DNA of 64,000 nt, taken from contig CBDBHE010000002.1 of assembly GCA_965205605.1 (NCBI GenBank), forward strand, positions 1-64,000. Direction: 5' to 3'. A model generated the notes under the pieces. The model saw only the letters and a program-made list of their open reading frames with translations. It did not search any database and was not told the origin of the DNA. Positions 9,174-18,335 of the stretch are shown in pieces (the stretch's first letter is position 1; the number at the start of each line of letters is the position of its first letter). Source of the DNA: Spirochaetota bacterium (GTDB taxonomy: Bacteria; Spirochaetota; UBA12135; COTS27; CBDBHE01). A program made the translations under genes and the position numbers.

Positions 9174-9914
9174 TTATTCAAAAATCTTTCCTTTTATTGC
9201 GTTATCAGAATATAAATGAAGGGTAAACCCTTCTTCAATGCATTCAACTTTATGAATCAAATTGGTAAAGGTCATTTTCTTTTCATAAGAGTGTAGGGAA
9301 TCTCCTGTTGACAAATACTTTTGACTTGTTTCTACTAAAGAACCATTTTTTTTTTTTTTATAAAACTTCATCAAGCATTTTCCAGATAAAATTTTATAAT
9401 AAGCAAAATTAGGATGAGCATGAATAGGTGTTTTTGAGTCTTTTTTCCAATGTAAAATGATGCCTTCAAAACCAGAACCACTAAGCGTTTTTTCTAATCC
9501 AAATAAAGTTCTTTGATAAGTTTTAGCTTCTCTAGCTTTCATTTTTGAAGGCAGTTGTTCAAGATTTAAATTTTTGTCAATAATTTTGTTAATTTGTTCG
9601 ATTGATTTTTTAGAACTAAGATTCTTTTTTAATTTTTTGATTAATTTCTTCCAAAGAAATTCAAGCCCTGGATAATAAGATTCATTTGGATTTAAAAAAT
9701 ATTCTGGGAAAAATCGTCTTAGAATTTCTTTTAAGGATAAGTTTTTTTTTTCTATTTTCAAAATTAATTTTCTAGTCCAAAAAATCCTTTTTTTAATAAA
9801 AGAAGCAAAAATTGAGATGAAATTTTCTTTTGTGATTTTTCCTTTTAAAAATTCATTAAGGGTTTTTGAATACTGTTCTTGATATGAGTATAGTTTAATA
9901 GGTGAAGGTGACAT
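9174..9914 (-). CDS. Cysteine dioxygenase-like cupin with N-terminal extension
   Basis: YQR (Y58/R60 equivalent), W....TPIHAH (His86/His88), IHKV (His140), TLHLYS (S-H-Y motif equivalent). Confidence 0.8.
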   Translation of the reverse strand: MSPSPIKLYSYQEQYSKTLNEFLKGKITKENFISIFASFIKKRIFWTRKLILKIEKKNLSLKEILRRFFPEYFLNPNESYYPGLEFLWKKLIKKLKKNLSSKKSIEQINKIIDKNLNLEQLPSKMKAREAKTYQRTLFGLEKTLSGSGFEGIILHWKKDSKTPIHAHPNFAYYKILSGKCLMKFYKKKKNGSLVETSQKYLSTGDSLHSYEKKMTFTNLIHKVECIEEGFTLHLYSDNAIKGKIFE

Positions 9915-10149
9915 TTTTTTTAAAGAACAACCTGAGATTATACTTTAATATAAAACATTAATTAATAAAATAAGCAAGACTATAGGTCGCTTATTTAAAG
10001 ATAGATAAGCTTTTTATTTTTATGGTATTTTTTTAATAAAAAACTATTATTTTATTCTTAATTTTTTGCTTTATTATTAAATTAGACTTTTTAAAACCGA
10101 TGATAGGTACAATTGAAAATTATTTTTAAATTAAATTTTTTTTTAAAAA

Positions 10150-11664
10150 ATGACTCATCCTAATCAAATAGATTTTATAAAAACAACTTTAAATAACTTA
10201 TCAGAAAAAGATGGGGAAAATGAAAAAAATATAGCTATTATTTTAGCAGGGGGCGAGGGGAAAAGAATGCGTTCTAAAACACCAAAAGTCATGTTTCCTC
10301 TTTGGGGTAAGGCGTCGATATTGCGTATTTGTGAAGAAGTAGAAAAAGGACTCAAGAAAAATCATCAAGTTGTTGTTTTAGGTAAACAAGCTCTTCGTGT
10401 TGCAGCTCTTTTTCAAAAACAATCCAATCGATCTTTTGTTTACCAATCTCAACAATTAGGCACAGGACATGCGGTTCAAATTGCTTTAAAATTAATAGGA
10501 GAAAAAAAAGATGTTAATGTTTTTATTTTTCCAGGAGACATTGGTTTAATAGATGCTAAAACGCTCAAGGCTTTTCAAAATGCTTTTATTAATAGTAATG
10601 CGGATATGATGATGTTGACAGGAAAGTATCAAGGTGAGAAAAAATTGAATTATTATGGACGCATTCTTAGAGCTAATAAGAAGAGTCATAAGAGTGTGAG
10701 TGATAAAAAAAGTGACCAAAATCAACCAACTATTGTTGGTATTGTGCAACACAAAGAGATACTGGCGATGAAGGGAGATCGTGATTTGGTTAAAAATTAT
10801 CAAGGGAAAATTTTTTCTTATTCTAAAGAAGAATTACTTAATATTGATGAATATGATGCGATGGTTTTTGCTTTTAAGTTTAAACCTCTTTGGAAGTATC
10901 TTTTTTCTCTTAAATCTGATAATCAACAACAGGAATTTTATTTAACGGATTTAGTTGAAATTTTTAATCAAAATAATTTAAAAGTGAGCTCTTGGCAAAT
11001 GGATAAAAATGATTCTCTTTTAGGGTTTAATGATCGATATACTTTAAAAAAAATGGAAAATCTCGCTAGAAAAAGATGTTATGAACTTTTAAAAAATTTA
11101 ATTCATATTGAAGATGAAGATCGTTTTTTTATAGAAGATTCTGTTGTTGCATCTATTTTAAAATTAGCTGGAGAACAATTGAATCTTGATATCCATATAG
11201 GTCGAGATGTGTATGTTGGTAAAGGAGTACAGGTCAATGAAGGCACTTTTTTAGGCAATAGGGCTTATCTTTGTGGATCGATTAAACTGGGAAAAAATAC
11301 TCATATTGGTGAAGAAGTGAGTATAAAAGCAAGTGAAGATGAAGAAATTAAAATTGGAGATTTAGTTACTATTGAAAAAAGATGTACTGTTGAGGGGCCC
11401 TTAAGTGTGGGTCAAGCTGTTTGCATTAAAAGAAACACAACTATTTTAGGGACAAAAAAGTTACCTACTCAAATTGGTTCTTACAGTATGATTGGAGAAT
11501 CTAGTTTTATTCGCTCAAGTATTTTAGATTCTAAAAGTTTTGTTGAACACTCTATTCTTGAAGAAAAACGCACTAAATGCTTTTTTTCAAAAGATGGTAC
11601 GGTTATAAAAATCAAATATTTCAGACCTTCAACATTAGGGAAAGAATCAGTTATTAATTTATAA
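10150..11664 (+). CDS. glmU: GlmU-like nucleotidyltransferase with C-terminal left-handed beta-helix
   Basis: ILAGGEGKRM.S..PKV, QQLGTGHAV, YGRILR, NQQQEFYLTD, LGFN, hexapeptide repeats. Confidence 0.75.
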   Translation: MTHPNQIDFIKTTLNNLSEKDGENEKNIAIILAGGEGKRMRSKTPKVMFPLWGKASILRICEEVEKGLKKNHQVVVLGKQALRVAALFQKQSNRSFVYQSQQLGTGHAVQIALKLIGEKKDVNVFIFPGDIGLIDAKTLKAFQNAFINSNADMMMLTGKYQGEKKLNYYGRILRANKKSHKSVSDKKSDQNQPTIVGIVQHKEILAMKGDRDLVKNYQGKIFSYSKEELLNIDEYDAMVFAFKFKPLWKYLFSLKSDNQQQEFYLTDLVEIFNQNNLKVSSWQMDKNDSLLGFNDRYTLKKMENLARKRCYELLKNLIHIEDEDRFFIEDSVVASILKLAGEQLNLDIHIGRDVYVGKGVQVNEGTFLGNRAYLCGSIKLGKNTHIGEEVSIKASEDEEIKIGDLVTIEKRCTVEGPLSVGQAVCIKRNTTILGTKKLPTQIGSYSMIGESSFIRSSILDSKSFVEHSILEEKRTKCFFSKDGTVIKIKYFRPSTLGKESVINL

Positions 11665-11726
11665 TTGGATTTTTATTAGTATTTGTTTTATATTCAAAGA
11701 ATATTGTATAATGGTTTATCTATAAA

Positions 11727-11761
11727 GTGAATAAAAAATCTATAGTGAATAAAAAATCTAT
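11727..11761 (+). repeat. 18-bp tandem duplication at the start of the HD-GYP gene
   Basis: gtgaataaaaaatctata followed by gtgaataaaaaatctat, giving two possible GTG starts. Confidence 0.8.
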
Positions 11762-12902
11762 TTTAGAATTTGTCAGTGAGATTCACTCCATTAATGACAT
11801 TCAAATTTTATTAGATATTATTTTAAATCAACTAATAGATTTAACTCATGCAGAAGGTGGGTCTATTTTTTTAAAAGAGGGAGCAACTAAGCTCAGATGC
11901 CACTCTCTTCAAGATCGTTCTCTTTTTCAAAAAGAAAATTCTGAAAAAATAGTTTATAACTATTTTCATACTCATGATATTAATATTGATAATTTGTCTA
12001 TTGTTGGTTATGTAGCCAAAACTAAAAAAAATCTTATGATTAAAGATGTTTATAAGATTAGTAATAAGGCTCCTTATAGATTTAATGCAGAATTTGATAA
12101 AAAGTTTTCTTATCGAACTAAATCGATTTTAGCAGTTCCTCTTTTAAACACTAAAAAAGAAATTTTAGGGGTTTTAGAGTTAATCAATGCTCGAAATAGA
12201 AAGAATCATATTATTAATTTTAACAAAAAAAGCTTGATGTATGTCAATTTTTTCTCTGATTTTATTTCTCATATTTTTGAAAAAGCGATTATTATGGAGG
12301 AATCTGTAAATAAATTATTAAAATTAGCCGAAATGAGGGATCCTCAAGAAACTGGTAGTCATGTGAAAAGAGTGGGTTTTTATGCAATTGAAATTTATCA
12401 ACATTGGGCTAAAAAGAAAGGAAAGGCAGAAAATGAAATTAGAAAATTTAAAGATTTATTAAGAATTGCTTCTATGTGTCACGATATTGGAAAAGTCGCT
12501 ATTTCGGATATCATTTTGAAAAAAAAAGGAAGGTTGACTACAGAAGAGTTTAACGAAGTTAAACAACATACGATAGAAGGGGCTAACTTATTTTCTCAAT
12601 CTATTTATGAAATCGACAAACTTACTTTTGATGTTTGTATTTCTCATCATGAAAAGTGGAATGGGACAGGGTATCCAAAAGGATTAAGAGGAAATGAAAT
12701 TCCTTTAGCAGGTCAAATCGTCAGTATTGCTGATGTTTATGATGCGTTAATTTCTGATCGAGTTTATAAAAAGTCTTGGGGTGATCAAAAAACTCTTGAT
12801 TATATGGAAGCTCAAAGAGGAAAGCATTTTTCTCCTTTAGTGCTTGATTCTTTTTTTGCTATTTACGATATTACAAAAGCGATTCGTAATCGATATCAAT
12901 AA
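11727..12902 (+). CDS. GAF + HD-GYP cyclic-dinucleotide phosphodiesterase
   Basis: GAF (FDKKFSYRTKSILAVPL..GVLELIN); ETGSHVKRV, HDIGK, HHEKWNGTGYP, ADVYDAL. Confidence 0.92.
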   Translation: MNKKSIVNKKSILEFVSEIHSINDIQILLDIILNQLIDLTHAEGGSIFLKEGATKLRCHSLQDRSLFQKENSEKIVYNYFHTHDINIDNLSIVGYVAKTKKNLMIKDVYKISNKAPYRFNAEFDKKFSYRTKSILAVPLLNTKKEILGVLELINARNRKNHIINFNKKSLMYVNFFSDFISHIFEKAIIMEESVNKLLKLAEMRDPQETGSHVKRVGFYAIEIYQHWAKKKGKAENEIRKFKDLLRIASMCHDIGKVAISDIILKKKGRLTTEEFNEVKQHTIEGANLFSQSIYEIDKLTFDVCISHHEKWNGTGYPKGLRGNEIPLAGQIVSIADVYDALISDRVYKKSWGDQKTLDYMEAQRGKHFSPLVLDSFFAIYDITKAIRNRYQ

Positions 12903-12957
12903 AAAAAAGTATTCACAAAGTATTAAAGTTTTATTTTTATAAAAAAGGTATTTCAAT

Positions 12958-14007
12958 TTGACAGGTAGTTCAATCATAAAAAAAGCAGGTATTTTTAGGA
13001 AAAAATTTTTAACTTATAAAAAACCTTTAATTATTATTTCCAAACCGATTGATCCTGATTGTATTGGCAGTGCGCTTAGTCTTTCCTGGTGGTTTTCTGA
13101 AGTTAGTCCTTTAAAAGCAGATGTTGTTAGTTTTTTTTATTTGGGAGATAGTCTTATAAAAATGCCTTGTCGTAATAAGGTTAAATTCATTCCTATTGAA
13201 CAATTTATTTTTAATCATTATGATCTTTTTATTTTAATTGATGGAGGTGACTGGAAACAGTTTTTTAAAGATGACTTTCAAAAATATTTATCAAAGATCG
13301 ATAAGAAGCATTTATTTCATATCGATCATCATCAAGAAGGGGTGATTACCTCTGCTTTAGGTGAAAATTCTTTAAGAATTTTGGATAGTTGTGTTGGGAA
13401 AATAATTTATGATTACTTCATCAAGCCTTCTAATTTAAAACTCACTGATGGTATTGCAACTTGTTTGTATATGTCTCTTATTGGAGACACAGGCAATTTT
13501 AGATACCAAATGTATAAAGAAACTTACTCATTTGCAAAAATTTTATATGAAAATGGAGCAAATCACAATATTGCCACAGAAAGTAGTTTTAATAAACAAA
13601 TCATTGATTATACCCAATGGGCGATTAAAAATACAAAATATTACCCAAAAGCTCAATCTACAATTTTGATTTTAGATAAAGAAAATCAAACTATTTTTTG
13701 GGAAATTTTTGGTAGAGACGAAGAAATTCCTAATAATATTGATTATTATTATAAATCTACTTTTATGAGTGTTGTGGAAGGATTTCCTTATTCTCTTGTT
13801 TTTGAATTGAGTAAGAAAGTAGGTATTAAAGTTAGTTGGAGAACAAAAACGGCTTCTCCTATTGAAATCAAGGAGATTTTAAGCTTGATTGGTTTTGAAG
13901 CAGGTGGACATCGAGATGCTGGTGGAGGCAACATTAAAGAATCTAATATCCAAAAAATAGTGACTGTTTTTTTAAATAAAATGGAAGAAACTCTTCAAAA
14001 TCAGTAG
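12958..14007 (+). CDS. DHH/DHHA1 phosphoesterase (NrnA/pAp phosphatase-like)
   Basis: DPDCIG, IDHH, GDTGNF, VSWR, GGHRDAGG. Confidence 0.88.
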   Translation: MTGSSIIKKAGIFRKKFLTYKKPLIIISKPIDPDCIGSALSLSWWFSEVSPLKADVVSFFYLGDSLIKMPCRNKVKFIPIEQFIFNHYDLFILIDGGDWKQFFKDDFQKYLSKIDKKHLFHIDHHQEGVITSALGENSLRILDSCVGKIIYDYFIKPSNLKLTDGIATCLYMSLIGDTGNFRYQMYKETYSFAKILYENGANHNIATESSFNKQIIDYTQWAIKNTKYYPKAQSTILILDKENQTIFWEIFGRDEEIPNNIDYYYKSTFMSVVEGFPYSLVFELSKKVGIKVSWRTKTASPIEIKEILSLIGFEAGGHRDAGGGNIKESNIQKIVTVFLNKMEETLQNQ

Positions 14008-14044
14008 TGATGTTATTTATTTTTTAGTAGAATTTTAATTCTAA

Positions 14045-15355
14045 ATGCTTAACGAAAAAAATATTTTACAAGCTTTAAAAAGTATTATTGATCCTGATTT
14101 TAATCAGGATATTGTTAGTTTAGGCTTTGTTAAAAATATTAAAATTAAAAAGAAGCTCGTTTCTTTTACCATTGAGCTTACAACTCCAGCGTGCCCTGTT
14201 AAAGAAATATTTAAAGAGCAAGCTGAAAAAAATGTTAAAGCTCTTGAGGGAGTGGAAAAGGTTGATGTCACCATTGGTGTGGCAAAAAATAAAAATCAAA
14301 ATAAGCTTTTAGAAGAATCAGGATTAAGTAAAGTCACTTCGATAGTTGCTGTTTCTTCTTGCAAAGGAGGTGTTGGCAAATCAACTTTAGCGGCTTCTTT
14401 TGCTAAAGAGCTTGTATCAAGAGGGTATAAAGTGGGTCTTTTAGATGCAGATATTTATGGGCCGTCTTTACCAACTCTTTTTTCTCTTTATGAAGTGATT
14501 CTTTCTTTTAATGAAAAACAGCAAATTATTCCTGAGTTTCATGAAGGGCTTAAATTGATGTCTTTTGGGTTTTTATCTAAAGAAGCTCCTGCGGTTATGA
14601 GAGGCCCAATGGTTTCTAATTATATTCAACAATTTTTACATAAAGTAGACTGGGGAGAGTTAGATTATTTATTTATTGATATGCCACCTGGTACAGGGGA
14701 TATTCAGCTTACGATCACACAATCTGTTTCTTTAGCAGGAGCGATTATTGTCACGACTCCTCATGGATTATCAATGGTAGATGTCGGAAAAGGAATTTTA
14801 ATGTTTGAAAAAGTCAATGTTCCAGTTTTAGGGATTATTGAAAATATGTCTTACTTTTTTTGTGAAGATAATCATCAAAAATATTATCTTTTTGGTCAAG
14901 AAGCCGCTTTAAAACTTCATAAGCGTTTTGGGATTGAAATTTTGGGTAAAATTCCGATTTCAACTGATTTTGCAAATTATTTGACTCTTGAAAACAAAGA
15001 GAATTCTTTTAAAGAAATAACGAATCAAATCGTTCGTTCTCTTGGCAAATCCTTGTTAAAAAGATTTAGTTCTCCTAAAATTACTTTTGATGACCAATCC
15101 ATTACGCTTAAGTGGGAAGGTGAAAAAATAATTTCTATTTTTAATGCGGACCTTCGTTATTATTGTAATAGTGCTAGGAATGTTGATGAAAAGACAGGTA
15201 TTCGTCTTATTAAAAGAGAACAGATTAGAAAAGATATTAGGGCAATTGCTGTTGGTTCTCTTGGTAATTATGCTATTTATGTTAATTGGAATGATCAGCA
15301 TCATAGTATCTTTCCTTATAACTATTTAAAAGAACTTTTTAAAAAAATATCTTAG
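14045..15355 (+). CDS. mrp: Mrp/ApbC Fe-S carrier ATPase with N-terminal DUF59 and C-terminal DUF971 (HCF101-like architecture)
   Basis: DPDFNQDIVSLG..ELTTPACP; CKGGVGKST; DADIYGPS; DMPPGTGD; ENMS; C-terminal GNYAIYVNWND.H.SIFPY. Confidence 0.92.
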   Translation: MLNEKNILQALKSIIDPDFNQDIVSLGFVKNIKIKKKLVSFTIELTTPACPVKEIFKEQAEKNVKALEGVEKVDVTIGVAKNKNQNKLLEESGLSKVTSIVAVSSCKGGVGKSTLAASFAKELVSRGYKVGLLDADIYGPSLPTLFSLYEVILSFNEKQQIIPEFHEGLKLMSFGFLSKEAPAVMRGPMVSNYIQQFLHKVDWGELDYLFIDMPPGTGDIQLTITQSVSLAGAIIVTTPHGLSMVDVGKGILMFEKVNVPVLGIIENMSYFFCEDNHQKYYLFGQEAALKLHKRFGIEILGKIPISTDFANYLTLENKENSFKEITNQIVRSLGKSLLKRFSSPKITFDDQSITLKWEGEKIISIFNADLRYYCNSARNVDEKTGIRLIKREQIRKDIRAIAVGSLGNYAIYVNWNDQHHSIFPYNYLKELFKKIS

Positions 15356-15417
15356 AACGCTTTTAATAAATACAATCTTAGGTTAATATTTTGATGTTAA
15401 ATTCAAGTGAGTAAATA

Positions 15418-15804
15418 ATGAGTGAAGAAAGTCCTGAAAAAAAAAAGCAAAGTTCTCTTGTAAAAGAACAACCCAAAGGTGGTCTAAAAGACTCCAAGTC
15501 AAAAGACGAAAAATCAAGGCCAGATACTAGAAAGCGTTATACTAAAAACGATGATCAAAAGCCTAATTTTTATGGTAGAGATAAAATGTTTTACCGAAAG
15601 AAAGAATGCTTTTTTAAAAAAAATAAGATTAATTATATTGATTATAAAGATATGGAGCTTTTAAATAAATTTGTTAGCCGAAATGGAAGGATTTTACCCC
15701 CTAGATTTACTGGGACTTCTAAAAATTGGCAAAGAAAATTAGCTAAAGCGATTAAACGAGCTCGATATATGGCTTTATTACCTTATGTTGATAAACGAAA
15801 ATAG
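15418..15804 (+). CDS. rpsR: 30S ribosomal protein S18, N-terminally extended
   Basis: IDYKD..LL.KF....GRILP.RFTGT...QR.LA.AIKRAR..ALLPY. Confidence 0.95.
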   Translation: MSEESPEKKKQSSLVKEQPKGGLKDSKSKDEKSRPDTRKRYTKNDDQKPNFYGRDKMFYRKKECFFKKNKINYIDYKDMELLNKFVSRNGRILPPRFTGTSKNWQRKLAKAIKRARYMALLPYVDKRK

Positions 15805-15820
15805 ATAAATTTAAAACCAG

Positions 15821-15988
15821 ATGGCAAAGAAAAAAGGAAAAGCAAGAACAATTATTAAAATTAAAAGCACCGAGAGTCCTCATTTTTACTCTACTTCTAA
15901 AAATAAAGGAAATACTTCTAATCGACTTGAAATAAAGAAATATGATCCTGTGCTTAGAAAACACGTTTTATACAAAGAAGCAAAATAA
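15821..15988 (+). CDS. rpmG: 50S ribosomal protein L33 (missed by ORF track)
   Basis: Manual translation: [55 protein letters not shown]. Confidence 0.96.
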   Translation: MAKKKGKARTIIKIKSTESPHFYSTSKNKGNTSNRLEIKKYDPVLRKHVLYKEAK

Positions 15989-16011
15989 TAAAAGGAATTA
16001 TAAAAAATAAG

Positions 16012-16257
16012 ATGGCAAAAAGATGTGATTTAACAAAAAAGCGACCTTTAAAAGGAAATAAAGTTTCCCATGCCAATAATAAAACTAAAAGAAAGCAATC
16101 ACCTAATTTGAAATTTAAACGAGTTTATGTTGAACAATTAAAGTGTTTTGTGCGCTTAAAAATTTCCACAAAAGCAATTAAATCCTTAAATAGAGTAGGT
16201 CTTAAAGCTCTTTTAAAAAAGAATAATCTTGTTCTTAAGGATATTATTAATTTTTAA
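16012..16257 (+). CDS. rpmB: 50S ribosomal protein L28
   Basis: MAKRCDLT.K....GNKVSHANNKTKR...PNL. Confidence 0.96.
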   Translation: MAKRCDLTKKRPLKGNKVSHANNKTKRKQSPNLKFKRVYVEQLKCFVRLKISTKAIKSLNRVGLKALLKKNNLVLKDIINF

Positions 16258-16260
16258 TTT

Positions 16261-17316
16261 TTGTTCTTTACGGCTTATCATTTTGCTTTTTTTAGAGTCT
16301 TTATAGGCTTTTTTCTTTTCTTTTTTTTTTTAAGTTTTTATCAAACAATTAATAGTTCGTTTTTTAGTTTTAATAAAATAAATTTATTTCTTAGTCTTAT
16401 CGCTTCTATCTTTTTAGCAGTTGGTTTTTATAGAAGAATTATTTCTGTTTTTCTTATTTGTTCACTTTTTTTTTTATGGTATCAATTTTTTTTATTGTCT
16501 TTATCTTTAATTGAAGGGATTCATTTTTTATTAGTTATTTACTTAATTTTCATTTTAATGCTTTTTCCTCAAGGAGAAGGGCTTTCTTTTCAGAAAAAAA
16601 ACAAAGTAAGTTTCTTTTATCAAAATCGATTTTCTTTTAATTATTTCTTAATTGCTTGGATATTAGTTTTTAGCTTAATGAGTTTGAAGCTTTATTGGTA
16701 TTTAGAAAAATCAATATTAAATATATTGATGCTCAGTTGTTTTGCTTTATTTTTATTGTTTTTATTTTTTTCTTTTCGGTTGATAAGAGTTTATATTTGG
16801 TGGTTTTCTTTGTTATTTGTTATTTTTTTAGAAGTTGTAAGTAATCAAAATGAAATATTGGAGGGTTCTTTTTTTGTTTTAATGTTTTTTTTATATCAGG
16901 GAGAATATCGATTTTTTCCTTTTAAAGAAAAGAAAATTTGGGTTTTTTTTGATGGATTTTGTTTTATTTGTAATCGTTGTGTTGGCTTTATATTGCAAGA
17001 AGACTTTGAAAAACGGATTAAATATGCTCCTTCTCAAGGAGAAACTTTAAAAAAATCATCGATTGATTTTAAAGATGAGAAAAAAGGTATTTTAGTTGTG
17101 ACTTCAAGAAAAATTTTTAGAGGGCCTAAAGGAATTTTATTTCTTTTATTGACAGTAGGGGGAATTTGGCAATATTTTTTTATTTTTTCTTTAGTCCCAG
17201 GAAAGATTCAACATATTATTTATTATTTTATTAGTCGTAATCGGTATGTTTTTTTTAAAAAAAGAAAACAATGTCGAAGACCAACTAAAGAAGAACAGTT
17301 TTTTTTTCTACCCTAA
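16261..17316 (+). CDS. Multi-pass membrane protein with C-terminal DCC1-like thiol-disulfide oxidoreductase domain
   Basis: Hydrophobic N-terminal two-thirds; FDGFCFIC (DxxCxxC); Y..ISRNRY..F....C. Confidence 0.82.
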   Translation: MFFTAYHFAFFRVFIGFFLFFFFLSFYQTINSSFFSFNKINLFLSLIASIFLAVGFYRRIISVFLICSLFFLWYQFFLLSLSLIEGIHFLLVIYLIFILMLFPQGEGLSFQKKNKVSFFYQNRFSFNYFLIAWILVFSLMSLKLYWYLEKSILNILMLSCFALFLLFLFFSFRLIRVYIWWFSLLFVIFLEVVSNQNEILEGSFFVLMFFLYQGEYRFFPFKEKKIWVFFDGFCFICNRCVGFILQEDFEKRIKYAPSQGETLKKSSIDFKDEKKGILVVTSRKIFRGPKGILFLLLTVGGIWQYFFIFSLVPGKIQHIIYYFISRNRYVFFKKRKQCRRPTKEEQFFFLP

Positions 17317-17342
17317 TATTGAAAGAAACAAGTTTTTATTAA

Positions 17343-18194
17343 TCAAATTGTTTGGGTGTCTTTTTGAATTAAAAATCCTGAGCTAATTATTAGTATGGCC
17401 CCTATAAAAATAGGAATAGTTATCACTTCTCCTAGAAAAAAGTAGCCTAAAAGCATTGCTGAAATGGTTTCAAAAAAAGAGATTGCTGAAGCCGTGTGCA
17501 CGGGTAATTTTTTTAGACCATAAAAAAATAGTGAAAATCCAATCACTCCAATTAAAAAACTATATAAAGAAGCTAAGCTAATGTGGTAAAAAGAAGTGAA
17601 TGATTTTAAAAAGAAAAGAGTTAGTATTGAAAATAAAAAAGTTCCTACAAGATTTTGGTAGTAAACAGATTCCATTTTAGAAAGGTTTTTAGAAGCTTTT
17701 TTAAATAAAATAAAAAAAAGAGCGTTGCTAAAAGAACATAAAAGCATTAAGCTGATACCAATTAAATCAGTACTTTTTAAAAGGAGTGTTTCTTTGTCTA
17801 AAATAATCGAACAGACTCCTATAAAAGAAAAAATTAATGCTAGAAAATTTTTTTTTGAAATGGGTTGTTTGTAAATAAATTTAGTGATGAAAATCACTAA
17901 AAAAGGCCAAGTGTATAAAATAATTACGGCCTTTCCTACAGAAGTAAAAATAAAAGCAGGGAAATAAAATAATAACCTTAACGTATTAATAAGAGAACAT
18001 AGATAAATAAATTTATTTCCTTTTTTTAGAGATTGTTTATTGCCGGTAATAAGAAAAGTAATGAGTAAAATAATCGTGGGGATTGTGGTTCTTGTCCAAT
18101 AAAGAATGATTAAAGATATTTGAGTGGTTTTGATAAAAGCCCCAGAGCTTCCCCAGATAATCGTAGCGAGCAAAATAGCTAAAAACGGATTCAT
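17343..18194 (-). CDS. EamA/DMT family transporter
   Basis: About 10 TM; IIWGSSG, ILYTWP, LLGYFFLGE. Confidence 0.9.
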   Translation of the reverse strand: MNPFLAILLATIIWGSSGAFIKTTQISLIILYWTRTTIPTIILLITFLITGNKQSLKKGNKFIYLCSLINTLRLLFYFPAFIFTSVGKAVIILYTWPFLVIFITKFIYKQPISKKNFLALIFSFIGVCSIILDKETLLLKSTDLIGISLMLLCSFSNALFFILFKKASKNLSKMESVYYQNLVGTFLFSILTLFFLKSFTSFYHISLASLYSFLIGVIGFSLFFYGLKKLPVHTASAISFFETISAMLLGYFFLGEVITIPIFIGAILIISSGFLIQKDTQTI

Positions 18195-18335
18195 GAATAT
18201 TTTTTGAAATTTAAAAAAAATTACTTTTTGTAATAAAATGCTTTATTTAAATAAAAGAGGGTTAAATCTTTAATTTTTTTTTTTTTTTGCAAAAGAGAAG
18301 GTATAATTAATTAAATTTAAAAAAAGGAATTATTA

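Noticed and set aside
15752-15964. 70-aa minus-strand ORF
   Set aside because: Antisense shadow of the real rpmG and rpsR genes.
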